From NCBI GenBank assembly GCA_032000125.1, contig DAMALH010000016.1, positions 2,580 through 66,579 of the forward strand: a stretch of DNA of 64,000 nt, written 5' to 3'. The notes beneath the pieces were generated by a model, which saw only the letters and a list, made by a program, of their open reading frames with translations, made no database searches and was not told the origin of the DNA. Both the position numbers and the translations under genes were made by a program. This stretch comes from Buttiauxella sp. (GTDB lineage: Bacteria > Pseudomonadota > Gammaproteobacteria > Enterobacterales > Enterobacteriaceae). Positions 30,169-42,247 of the stretch are shown piece by piece (position 1 is the first letter of the stretch; every line of letters starts with the position of its first letter).

Positions 30169-32397
30169 ATGGTTGCGGTAAGAAGTGCACATCTCAATAA
30201 AGCTGGCGAATTTGCGCCCGATAAATGGATTGAAAGTCTCGGGATTACTAACCAGCAGTCATGTGAACGCTTAGCCGAAACCAGGCGTTACTGCGAACAG
30301 CAGACCCAGGGCCATCCGAACGCGGAGCTATTGCTGTGGCGCGGCGTCGAGATGGTAGAGATCCTCTCCATGCTCAGTATGGACAACGATACGCTACGGG
30401 CGGCGCTGCTGTTTCCGCTTGCCGATGCGGGCGTGGTCAGCGAAGAGGTCATGCGTGAGAGCATTGATAACCAGGTTGTCACGCTGATTCACGGCGTGCG
30501 CGATATGGCGGCTATTCGCCAGCTAAAAGCCGCCCACACCGATTCCGTTTCTGCCGAGCAGGTGGATAACGTTCGTCGCATGCTGCTGGCGATGGTGGAT
30601 GATTTCCGCTGCGTGGTCATTAAGCTTGCCGAACGCATCGCTCACCTGCGCGAGGTTAAAGACGCGCCGGAGGATGAACGCGTCCTCGCCGCGAAAGAGT
30701 GCACCAATATCTATGCGCCGCTCGCCAATCGTCTTGGTATCGGGCAACTGAAGTGGGAGATGGAAGATTACTGCTTCCGCTATCTGCATCCGGCGGAGTA
30801 CAAGCGCATCGCCAAACTGCTGCATGAACGCCGGATTGACCGCGAACACTATATTGAGGAGTTCGTCGGGTCGCTGCGTAAGTCGATGAAAGAAGAGGGC
30901 GTTAAAGCCGAAGTTTACGGTCGCCCGAAACACATCTACAGCATCTGGCGCAAAATGCAGAAAAAATCGCTCGCCTTCGATGAGCTGTTCGATGTGCGCG
31001 CCGTGCGCATCGTTGCGGAGCGCCTGCAGGATTGCTACGCCGCGCTGGGCATCGTGCACACCCACTTCCGCCATATGCCGGACGAGTTTGACGACTATGT
31101 CGCTAACCCGAAACCCAACGGCTACCAGTCCATTCACACCGTGGTGCTGGGGCCGCACGGCAAAACCATCGAAATCCAGATCCGCACAAAGCAGATGCAC
31201 GAAGAGTCGGAGCTGGGCGTTGCGGCCCACTGGAAGTACAAAGAGGGCAACTCGCGCAGCGGCAACACCGGCCATGAGGATCGTATCGCCTGGCTGCGCA
31301 AGCTTATCGCCTGGCAGGAAGAGATGGCGGACTCCGGCGAGCTGCTCGACGAAGTGCGCAGCCAGGTCTTCGACGACCGCGTGTATGTCTTTACGCCAAA
31401 AGGCGACGTGGTGGATTTACCCGCTGGCTCTACGCCGCTCGATTTTGCCTACCACATCCACAGCGATGTCGGGCACCGCTGCATAGGCGCGAAAATCGGC
31501 GGGCGCATCGTGCCCTTTACCTATCAGTTGCAGATGGGCGATCAGATTGAAATCATCACCCAGAAGCAGCCGAACCCGAGCCGTGACTGGCTGAATCCGA
31601 ACCTCGGTTACGTCACCACCAGCCGCGGGCGCGCCAAAATCCACAACTGGTTCCGCAAACAGGATCGCGATAAAAATATCCTCGCCGGGCGTCAGATTCT
31701 GGATGACGAAATCGAACGTCTGGGCATCAGCCTCAAAGAGGCGGAGAAATACCTGCTGCCGCGCTATAACTTCAATGAAATCGACGAGCTGCTGGCGGCG
31801 ATAGGCGGCGGCGACATTCGTCTTAACCAGATGAGCAACTTCCTGCAGGCGCAGTTTAACAAACCGACCGCCGCCGAACAGGACGAGCAGGCGCTGCGCC
31901 AGCTAAAACAGAAAACCTATGCGCCGCAGTCACGCAGCAAAGACAATGGCCGCGTGGTGGTAGAAGGCGTCGGCAATCTGATGCACCACATTGCGCGCTG
32001 CTGCCAGCCGATACCGGGTGATGAAATCATCGGTTTTATCACCCAGGGCCGCGGGATCTCCATTCACCGGGCGGACTGCGACCAGCTCGCCGACCTGCAA
32101 TCCCACGCGCCGGAACGCATCGTCGACGCCGTCTGGGGCGAGAGCTATTCCAGCGGATACTCGCTGGTAGTACGCGTCACGGCAAACGATCGCAGCGGGC
32201 TGCTGCGCGATATCACCACTATTCTGGCGAATGAGAAGGTGAACGTGCTGGGCGTGGCAAGCCGTAGCGACACCAAACAGCAGCTTGCCACCATCGATAT
32301 GAACATTGAAATCTATAACCTACAGGTGCTGGGCCGCGTGCTCGGCAAGCTGAACCAGGTGCCGGATATTATCGATGCGAAGCGGCTGCACGGCTGA
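30169..32397 (+). CDS. relA: GTP pyrophosphokinase RelA ((p)ppGpp synthetase I)
   Basis: ORF track, 742 aa, with full-length similarity to E. coli RelA (for example RPKHIYSIWRKMQKK, TGS and ACT regions). Confidence 0.97.
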   Translation: MVAVRSAHLNKAGEFAPDKWIESLGITNQQSCERLAETRRYCEQQTQGHPNAELLLWRGVEMVEILSMLSMDNDTLRAALLFPLADAGVVSEEVMRESIDNQVVTLIHGVRDMAAIRQLKAAHTDSVSAEQVDNVRRMLLAMVDDFRCVVIKLAERIAHLREVKDAPEDERVLAAKECTNIYAPLANRLGIGQLKWEMEDYCFRYLHPAEYKRIAKLLHERRIDREHYIEEFVGSLRKSMKEEGVKAEVYGRPKHIYSIWRKMQKKSLAFDELFDVRAVRIVAERLQDCYAALGIVHTHFRHMPDEFDDYVANPKPNGYQSIHTVVLGPHGKTIEIQIRTKQMHEESELGVAAHWKYKEGNSRSGNTGHEDRIAWLRKLIAWQEEMADSGELLDEVRSQVFDDRVYVFTPKGDVVDLPAGSTPLDFAYHIHSDVGHRCIGAKIGGRIVPFTYQLQMGDQIEIITQKQPNPSRDWLNPNLGYVTTSRGRAKIHNWFRKQDRDKNILAGRQILDDEIERLGISLKEAEKYLLPRYNFNEIDELLAAIGGGDIRLNQMSNFLQAQFNKPTAAEQDEQALRQLKQKTYAPQSRSKDNGRVVVEGVGNLMHHIARCCQPIPGDEIIGFITQGRGISIHRADCDQLADLQSHAPERIVDAVWGESYSSGYSLVVRVTANDRSGLLRDITTILANEKVNVLGVASRSDTKQQLATIDMNIEIYNLQVLGRVLGKLNQVPDIIDAKRLHG

Positions 32398-32454
32398 TAT
32401 TACGCCCTCACTCTATCCCTCTCCTGCGGGAGAGGGGATAAGCAAGGAATAAAA

Positions 32455-33246
32455 ATGAATCAAATCTCCCGCCTGCAGGACATCATGAAGCGCCTGCGGG
32501 ACCCGGAAACCGGCTGCCCGTGGGATCGCGAGCAAACCTTTGCCACCATCGCGCCGTATACGCTTGAAGAAACTTACGAAGTGCTGGACGCCATCAACCG
32601 TGAAGATTTCGAGGATCTGCGCGGCGAGCTGGGCGATTTGCTTTTCCAGGTTGTGTTTTACGCGCAGATGGCCCAGGAAGGGGGGCGTTTCAACTTCGAG
32701 GATATTTGCGCGGCCATCAGCGATAAGCTTGAACGCCGCCACCCGCATATTTTTGGCGATGCTACCGCAGGCAATAGCGCGGAAGTGCTCGAAAAATGGG
32801 AAAGCATCAAAACGGCCGAGCGTGCCGAAAAAGAGCAGCATTCGGCGCTGGATGATATTCCCGAGGCGCTGCCCGCATTGATGCGTGCGCAAAAAATTCA
32901 GAAACGCTGCTCGTCCGTCGGCTTCGACTGGGATTCTCTCGGCCCGGTGCTGGATAAAGTGCACGAAGAGATCGACGAGGTGATGCACGAGGCGCAACAG
33001 GCCGTGGTGGATGAAGCGAAGCTTGAAGAAGAAGTGGGCGATTTACTGTTCGCCACGGTGAATCTGGCGCGTCATTTAGGCACCAAAGCTGAGATAGCGT
33101 TACAAAAAGCTAACCGAAAATTTGAGCGTCGTTTCCGCGAAGTGGAAAGCATTATCGCGGCGCAGGGGCTGGAAATGCCGCAGGCAACCCTTGAGCAGAT
33201 GGAAAAAGCCTGGCAGCAGGTTAAACGCCAGGAAACTGAAATCTAA
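32455..33246 (+). CDS. mazG: Nucleoside triphosphate pyrophosphohydrolase MazG
   Basis: ORF track, 263 aa, with tandem MazG domains (CPWDREQTFATIAPYTLEETYEV...). Confidence 0.9.
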   Translation: MNQISRLQDIMKRLRDPETGCPWDREQTFATIAPYTLEETYEVLDAINREDFEDLRGELGDLLFQVVFYAQMAQEGGRFNFEDICAAISDKLERRHPHIFGDATAGNSAEVLEKWESIKTAERAEKEQHSALDDIPEALPALMRAQKIQKRCSSVGFDWDSLGPVLDKVHEEIDEVMHEAQQAVVDEAKLEEEVGDLLFATVNLARHLGTKAEIALQKANRKFERRFREVESIIAAQGLEMPQATLEQMEKAWQQVKRQETEI

Positions 33247-33456
33247 CGCATTTTTGCGATCAAGCGCATTTTATGGCAATTTCAAATTAACAAGCGCTTG
33301 ATTTGCGTCAAAAACATTTATAGCAGACCCGCTATTTTCTCAGGCCTGACAAAGCGCGAGGTCAGGCTGGCGGGTGAAGAATGAAAGTTTGTGGCGCCCA
33401 TGCTGTTCGGGTATACTGCTTTCCCGTCCTGGTTATTCCATCGTCTTTAAACCTAA

Positions 33457-35109
<1,653 letters not shown>

Positions 35110-35119
35110 AAAAAGTTAG

Positions 35120-36487
<1,368 letters not shown>

Positions 36488-36513
36488 TTATTGCTGCCGC
36501 TTTAGGTTCTGAT

Positions 36514-36539
36514 AAAAACCCGCGCAAGCGGGTTTTTTT
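36514..36539. terminator. Bidirectional intrinsic terminator (eno / RpiR-family gene)
   Basis: AAAAACCCGCGCAAGCGGGTTTTTTT lies between convergent stops at 36487 and 36550. Confidence 0.8.
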
Positions 36540-36549
36540 ATACCTGAAA

Positions 36550-37386
36550 TCAGATCAGCAGCGGCAACGTTGCGCTCGCGGTTTGCTGGCTTGCAGAGGC
36601 ATAGCGGCTGTCGTGGGAAATTAATTCGCCAATCAGCACTTCAACCAGCAGCATTGCGCCAACCTTGGCGTTCAGCGCGCCTGCGCTGAGCGGGCCTTCC
36701 GGTTTTGCCGCCACCAGCAGCAGGTCGGCCAGGTCGGCGAGCGGGCTGCGAAGCGTATTACTCAACAGCAGCACGCGCGCGTGGCGCTTTTTAGCAATCT
36801 TCACCGCATGCAGCAGATCCTTCGTCGAACCGGAACTGGAGATCGCCACCACCAAATCACGCTCGCCAAGCGTGGCGGCACTCATCGCCGCACGATGCAT
36901 ATCGCTGAAAAGCTGGGCTGACTTGCCCAGGCGCAGCAGCTTGTAGTGCAGGTAATCGCCCATGATTGCGCTGGCGGCAACGCCATAAATCTGCACGGAC
37001 GTCGCCTCATGGAGCGCAAGCCCCGCCTTCTTAAGCACATCACGATTGATGAGTTTTCCCGTATCCCGCAGCGCCTGCACGGATTCTTCCACAAGTTCAT
37101 CAATACTGTCTTCGCTGGCCGCAGCTGCGGGCTGGTTTTGCTGAATATCCAGCGCCACCGCCATCTTGAACTCGGTGTAGCCTTTGCAGCTTAAATGATG
37201 GCACAGGCGAGTAACGCTTGCCTCGCTGGTTTCGCTTTCCCGCGCCAGTTCGGTAATCGTCAGGTACAGCACCTTCTGCGGTTGCGTAAGGATAAAATCC
37301 CCCAGCTTTTGCAGCGTCGGGCTATAGCCCGGCAACCCCTGGCGCAGGTGCAGCAATATATTTTCATTTTCCGTCATCGAGCCCAT
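36550..37386 (-). CDS. MurR/RpiR-family transcriptional regulator (HTH plus SIS domain)
   Basis: ORF track, 278 aa. It has an N-terminal HTH_6-type region (LTITELARESETSEASVTRLCHHLSCKGYTEFK) and a C-terminal SIS region (VAISSSGSTKD). The alternative start is the ATG at 37377. Confidence 0.8.
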   Translation of the reverse strand: MGSMTENENILLHLRQGLPGYSPTLQKLGDFILTQPQKVLYLTITELARESETSEASVTRLCHHLSCKGYTEFKMAVALDIQQNQPAAAASEDSIDELVEESVQALRDTGKLINRDVLKKAGLALHEATSVQIYGVAASAIMGDYLHYKLLRLGKSAQLFSDMHRAAMSAATLGERDLVVAISSSGSTKDLLHAVKIAKKRHARVLLLSNTLRSPLADLADLLLVAAKPEGPLSAGALNAKVGAMLLVEVLIGELISHDSRYASASQQTASATLPLLI

Positions 37387-37551
37387 TCCGCTTCCTGTTC
37401 AAACTGCGTCTAGTGTGGCGGAAAGCCCCCGTGCTGTGCCAGCAGATTCGATTAAATGTGATCGCGATCGTAATGATGGTGGAAATTTTCAGTATATATG
37501 TATTATTGTGATAAAAATTTTCACCACAATAAGTCCTCGGGGAGAAAATTT

Positions 37552-39108
37552 ATGTCAGTATTCAGCGGAGCCTCATCAGGGAGCTGGTTCGAGAAGGCCC
37601 AGCGGTTTGGAAAATCCTTTATGCTGCCGGTCGCGGTGTTGCCCGCGGCGGGTTTGCTGCTGGGTATCGGCGGTGCGTTATCCAACCCTAATACCGTTGC
37701 GGCCTGGCCATTCCTGGATGTGGCATGGCTTCAGGGCATTTTCACCATCATGGCAAGCGCCGGCTCTATCGTATTTGCCAACCTCGCGGTGCTGTTTGCC
37801 GTGGGGGTCGCCGTTGGGCTTGCGAAGGGCGATAAGGGAACGGCAGGGCTTGCCTCGCTGCTGGCCTATCTGGTAATGAACGCCACCATCAATGCGCTGC
37901 TGACGCTAAGCGGCGCGCTGGCGACAGCCAATCCAGGCGCTGTAGGGCAGGGGATGGCGCTTGGTACGCAGACGCTTGAAACCGGCGTGTTTGGCGGGGT
38001 CGTCATCGGTCTTGTCACCTCGCTGTTGCATAACCGCTATAACAAAATCGAGCTGCCGCAGTTTCTCGGATTCTTTGGCGGATCGCGTTTTGTGCCGATC
38101 GTCAGCTCGCTGGCGGCGATTGTGGTCGGCGCGGTAATGACGCTTGTCTGGCCGCATTTCCAGAAGCTCATTTTCGGCATGGGCGGTCTGGTGGACGCCA
38201 CCGGCTACTTCGGCACCTTTATTTACGGCTTTGTGCTGCGCATGCTTGGCCCGTTCGGCCTGCACCATATCTTCTATTTACCTTTCTGGACTACCGCGCT
38301 TGGCGGCAGCGAGATGATTAACGGCCAGCTTGTGGAGGGCACGCAGCGTATTTTCTTCGCCCAGCTTGGCGATCCTGATACCCAGCAGTTTTACATCGGC
38401 ACCGCGCGCTTTATGTCAGGACGCTTTATCACCATGATGTTTGGTCTGATTGGCGCCTGCCTTGCGATGTACCATACGGCTAAGCCGGAAAACCGCAAAC
38501 GCGTGGCCGGGCTGTTAATCTCCGCGGCGCTGACCTCTTTCCTTACCGGCATCACCGAGCCGATTGAATTCTCGTTCCTGTTTATCGCCCCGGTTCTGTA
38601 CGTGATTCACGCGGTATTCGACGGGCTGGCCTTTATGCTGGCGCATATTCTGCACATCACCATCGGGCAAACCTTCTCCGGCGGCTTTATCGACTTCATG
38701 CTGTTTGGCGTGCTGCAGGGCGAAGCGAAAACTAACTGGCTATTTGTGCCGCTGGTGGGTATCCCGTGGTTCTTTCTTTATTACTTCACCTTCCGTTTTG
38801 TCATCACGCGCTTCAACTTTAAAACGCCGGGTCGTGAAGATGTCTCCACGGAAAATGTGCAGGTTGCGGCGGGGGAGCGCCCTTTACAGGTCATCATCGC
38901 GCTTGGCGGCAAAGAAAACATTGTTGAGCTGGATTGCTGTGCCACCAGGCTGCGCGTCACGCTGCATGACGGCACGCTTGTCGATGAAGCCTTGCTAAAA
39001 GAAACCGGCGCGCGGGCGGTTATCCGCCGTGGGAACGGCGTGCAGGTGATTTACGGTCCACACGTGACCATTATTAAAAATGAAGTAGAGGAGATTCTTG
39101 CCCCATGA
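37552..39108 (+). CDS. PTS transporter, fused EIIC-EIIB of the glucose/N-acetylglucosamine family; no EIIA domain
   Basis: ORF track 37498..39108. I prefer the ATG at 37552, preceded by GGGGAGAAAA. It has a polytopic EIIC with the GITEPIEF motif and a C-terminal EIIB with phospho-cysteine context [10 protein letters not shown]. Confidence 0.8.
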   Translation: MSVFSGASSGSWFEKAQRFGKSFMLPVAVLPAAGLLLGIGGALSNPNTVAAWPFLDVAWLQGIFTIMASAGSIVFANLAVLFAVGVAVGLAKGDKGTAGLASLLAYLVMNATINALLTLSGALATANPGAVGQGMALGTQTLETGVFGGVVIGLVTSLLHNRYNKIELPQFLGFFGGSRFVPIVSSLAAIVVGAVMTLVWPHFQKLIFGMGGLVDATGYFGTFIYGFVLRMLGPFGLHHIFYLPFWTTALGGSEMINGQLVEGTQRIFFAQLGDPDTQQFYIGTARFMSGRFITMMFGLIGACLAMYHTAKPENRKRVAGLLISAALTSFLTGITEPIEFSFLFIAPVLYVIHAVFDGLAFMLAHILHITIGQTFSGGFIDFMLFGVLQGEAKTNWLFVPLVGIPWFFLYYFTFRFVITRFNFKTPGREDVSTENVQVAAGERPLQVIIALGGKENIVELDCCATRLRVTLHDGTLVDEALLKETGARAVIRRGNGVQVIYGPHVTIIKNEVEEILAP

Positions 39109-39803
39109 AACCATCCATGCTGTCGCAAATTGAGGGAAAACTCATTGTCTCCTGCCAGGCGCTGGATAACGAACCGCTGCACAGCCCGTTTATTATGTCG
39201 CGAATGGCGCTGGCCGCGGCGCAGGGAGGTGCGTCGGCTATCCGTGCCAACAGCCTTATCGACGTAAAAACGATTATGGATGCGGTGGATTTACCCGTTA
39301 TCGCCATCATCAAGCGCGACTATCCGGGGAGCGATGTTTACATTACGGCAACGCTTAAAGAAGTGGATGAACTGATGGCGGTCAAACCAGCGATGATCGC
39401 GATGGATGCCACCGGGCATGAGCGTCCGGGCGAGCTGGATTTGCGTGGGCTGGTCGAGGCGGTTCGCAGCCGTTATCCGGAGCTGCTGCTGATGGCGGAT
39501 ATCGCCACGGTGGACGAAGCGCGCTATGCCGAAGAAATCGGTTTTGACTGCGTTGGCACCACGCTGCACGGCTACACGTCGGAAACTAAAGGGCAAATGC
39601 TGGCAAACAACGATTGTCAGTTCCTGCGCGATGTCCTGGCTGCGGTGAACCTGCCGGTGATTGCCGAAGGTAATGTTGAAACGCCAGCAATGGCGGCTCG
39701 TTGCCTGGCGCTGGGCGCGCATGCGGTGGTGGTAGGCGGGGCGATAACCCGTCCGCAGCAGATCACCAGCCGCTTCGTAAATGCCATGGTTAAGCAAGGG
39801 TAA
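39105..39803 (+). CDS. nanE: N-acetylmannosamine-6-phosphate 2-epimerase (NanE family)
   Basis: ORF track, 232 aa. It has a [10 protein letters not shown]...GGASAIRAN...AIIKRDY pattern typical of NanE, and an ATGA overlap with the PTS gene. Confidence 0.8.
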   Translation: MKPSMLSQIEGKLIVSCQALDNEPLHSPFIMSRMALAAAQGGASAIRANSLIDVKTIMDAVDLPVIAIIKRDYPGSDVYITATLKEVDELMAVKPAMIAMDATGHERPGELDLRGLVEAVRSRYPELLLMADIATVDEARYAEEIGFDCVGTTLHGYTSETKGQMLANNDCQFLRDVLAAVNLPVIAEGNVETPAMAARCLALGAHAVVVGGAITRPQQITSRFVNAMVKQG

Positions 39804-39915
39804 CCATGGCCGACCGGCTCGGTCGCCCCCCGATTGAGCCGGTCACCCCCTTTAAGCATGATCTCAGTCGCCAGTTCTGCGATAATTAGTTTTTACGACT
39901 ATTACAGAGATGATT

Positions 39916-40587
39916 ATGCAGTACCCGATTAACGAGATGTTCCAGACCCTGCAAGGGGAGGGCTATTTTACCGGTGTGCCCGCCATCTTTATCCGCCTGC
40001 AGGGCTGCCCGGTGGGCTGCGCGTGGTGCGATACCAAACACACCTGGGATAAACTCGCGGATCGTGAAGTGTCTCTGTTCAGTATTCTCGCCAAAACTAA
40101 AGAGAGCGATAAATGGGGCGCGGCAAGCGCGGAAGACTTGCTGGCCGTGATGCAGCGTCAGGGCTACACCGCCCGTCACGTGGTGATTACCGGCGGTGAA
40201 CCATGTATCCACGATCTGCATCCCTTAACGTCTTTGCTGGAACACCACGGCTTTAGCTGCCAGATTGAAACCAGCGGCACGCACGATGTCCGCTGCTCGG
40301 CGGCAACCTGGGTAACGGTATCGCCGAAGGTGAATATGCGCGGCGGTTACGACGTGCTTGCTCAGGCGCTGGAACGAGCGGACGAAATCAAACATCCCGT
40401 TGGCCGCATGCGCGACATCGAGGCGTTAGATGAGCTGCTAAGAACGCTTCACGATGACAAAAACCGCATTATCGCCCTGCAGCCTATCAGCCAGAAAGAA
40501 GACGCCACCCGGCTGTGTATTGAAACCTGCATTGCCCGCAACTGGCGGCTTTCGATGCAGACGCATAAGTACCTGAATATCGCCTAG
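39916..40587 (+). CDS. queE: 7-carboxy-7-deazaguanine synthase QueE (radical SAM)
   Basis: ORF track 39910..40587. MQYPINEMFQTLQGEGYFTGVPAIFIRLQGCPVGCAWCDTKHTW matches E. coli QueE. Confidence 0.95.
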   Translation: MQYPINEMFQTLQGEGYFTGVPAIFIRLQGCPVGCAWCDTKHTWDKLADREVSLFSILAKTKESDKWGAASAEDLLAVMQRQGYTARHVVITGGEPCIHDLHPLTSLLEHHGFSCQIETSGTHDVRCSAATWVTVSPKVNMRGGYDVLAQALERADEIKHPVGRMRDIEALDELLRTLHDDKNRIIALQPISQKEDATRLCIETCIARNWRLSMQTHKYLNIA

Positions 40588-40591
40588 TAAA

Positions 40592-40771
40592 AAGGCACCT
40601 GTCGGTGCCTTGAGACTGATGACAACCTCTCCAGCGTGACAAAACTAAAAAGTGCCGTCATTTAAAAACAAGGAAAATCAATTCATTGATTTTCATCTGG
40701 TAATCACAAAGAAGGAAAAACCACGCTTTTTTCTTCTTTGTCAGCAATCTGAAGGCACCTGTCGGTGCCTT
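40592..40771 (-). repeat. MITE-like structured repeat, copy C (inverted relative to A): 140-bp core (40612-40751) flanked by identical 20-bp hairpin copies (40592-40611 and 40752-40771)
   Basis: The direct repeat is AAGGCACCTGTCGGTGCCTT, present twice. The reverse complement of the core aligns base-for-base with copy A (CAGATTGCTGAC...TTGATTTTCCTTGTTTTTAA...TTTTTAGTTTT.TCACGCTGGA...CAGTCT). Internal hairpins lie at 40706-40741 and 40673-40694. Confidence 0.8.
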
Positions 40772-40775
40772 TTCC

Positions 40776-42224
40776 TTAGTCGACCAGCGGACTCAGCTTC
40801 TGCAACAGCGGGTCAAGGTACTGATTCACCTGCCGATAAACCCCTTCGTTAAGCTGCGTATAAAATGTGTGGTTGCCCATATTGGGCTGGAAGTTATCGC
40901 CCATGCGAATCATCTTCTCGCTCGCTTCCTCGTAGCTTGCGAATGTGCCCACCGCCATCCCGGCGTTAATTGCGCAGCCCACGGAGGCTGAACCTTTCAG
41001 CAGATTGCGGCAGGTTGGCACGCCGAACACGTCGGCAAAAATCTGCATAAACAGGTCGCTGTTGGCGCCGCCGCCGGAAATGATTAGCTGTTTAAACGGC
41101 GTTTTAAGCTCCAGCGCCATCTTGTCCATGTGATTTTTCATGGTGAAGGCAATGCCCTCCAGAATCGAGCGGTACATATGCGCCCGGGTATGGCGGCCGT
41201 CAAAACCAATTATCGTCCCTTTGCGGAACTCAGCCTCCGAAGGCGGCGCCCAGTCGTGAACGGTGATGAGCCCCTCGCAGCCTGCGGGTACTTTTGTGGC
41301 CTCGGCGTTGAGCAATTCTTCGATGGTTAAATCGAGGTCTTTCGCGTCCGCCAGCGCCGCGGCGCCAAACTGATCCCGGAACCAGCTTATCGTCCACATT
41401 CCCCGGCGAACGCCCATGCATTCATAGAGGTAGCGATGAGGAATCGAGGCCTGGAAAGGCCAGAAGTTTTGCGCGTCCTTCACGTTTTCATCGCCGTGGA
41501 CCATTGCGCCGATATAGGTACCCAGGGAGATAAGCGCCACGCCTTTCTCAAGCGTACCTGCACCAAGGGCTTCTACCGCTTTATCATGCGCCGTTGCCAC
41601 AACCGGAATACCGGCCGGAAGGCCAATAAGCCTGGCCGCTTTGTCAGTTAATTTGCCCAGCACTTCCCCCGGCTTCACCACGTCCAGCACCTGCGCGCGT
41701 TCAAGATTACAGCTCTTCCACGCCTGCGGATCGGTGCTCCAGTCGAGCGTGTCATTGTCCATCGGCCACCAGCCGATGTAGTTGGCGCAGGTATCCTTAA
41801 ACTCGCCGGTCAGGCGATGGGTGATATAGCCCGACGTCGTGGTGACGTAGCGCACGCCCTGATAGGCATCAAGGTATTCGTAAGGCTTGTTGAGTCGCTT
41901 ATCCATCCAGTTGATCACCGGGTAAGCCAGCTCGCCGTTGGCCGTCAGCAGCACGCGGCAGCAGCGCACGATGCAAATCCCCATCGCCTGAATTCGGCTG
42001 GTATCGCGTCCCTGGCGGGTAAAATTCGCCACCGCCTCGCGGAAGGCGACCTGTAACGAGTCCCACAGATCGTCATCGGGGTGCTCCGCCAGCAGCGGCG
42101 CGGGAATATCCAGATTGCGCAGCGCCTGTTTCCCTTCGCTGACCACGTTGCCCTGCGTATCAAAAATCACCACCTTGGCGCTTTGCGTGCCGACATCCAC
42201 ACCCATCAAATAGTTAGTTGTCAT
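40776..42224 (-). CDS. ygcE: FGGY-family carbohydrate kinase (YgcE-like)
   Basis: ORF track, 482 aa, with the N-terminal FGGY motif LMGVDVGTQSAKVVIFD. It sits next to queE as in E. coli. Confidence 0.8.
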   Translation of the reverse strand: MTTNYLMGVDVGTQSAKVVIFDTQGNVVSEGKQALRNLDIPAPLLAEHPDDDLWDSLQVAFREAVANFTRQGRDTSRIQAMGICIVRCCRVLLTANGELAYPVINWMDKRLNKPYEYLDAYQGVRYVTTTSGYITHRLTGEFKDTCANYIGWWPMDNDTLDWSTDPQAWKSCNLERAQVLDVVKPGEVLGKLTDKAARLIGLPAGIPVVATAHDKAVEALGAGTLEKGVALISLGTYIGAMVHGDENVKDAQNFWPFQASIPHRYLYECMGVRRGMWTISWFRDQFGAAALADAKDLDLTIEELLNAEATKVPAGCEGLITVHDWAPPSEAEFRKGTIIGFDGRHTRAHMYRSILEGIAFTMKNHMDKMALELKTPFKQLIISGGGANSDLFMQIFADVFGVPTCRNLLKGSASVGCAINAGMAVGTFASYEEASEKMIRMGDNFQPNMGNHTFYTQLNEGVYRQVNQYLDPLLQKLSPLVD

Positions 42225-42247
42225 TTCCGGCTCTCCATTCTCAATAA

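Noticed and set aside
30523-31275. A 250-aa ORF antisense to relA
   Set aside because: It is the reverse frame of a conserved gene and there is no supporting evidence.
37440-37551. CRP-like TGTGA motifs in the RpiR/PTS divergent region (AAATGTGATCGCGATCGTAATG; TTGTGATAAAAATTTTCACC)
   Set aside because: The half-site spacing and the second half-sites do not fit TGTGA-N6-TCACA well enough to call CRP sites. The second motif is mentioned only as a possible RpiR-type operator.
40652-40852. A 66-aa ORF within repeat copy C extending antisense into ygcE
   Set aside because: It has a GTG start and no Shine-Dalgarno. Its sequence derives from the repeat and from the antisense 3' end of ygcE. No reading frame is conserved among the three repeat copies. 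A 9-codon GTG frame is shared by A and C but is absent from B.
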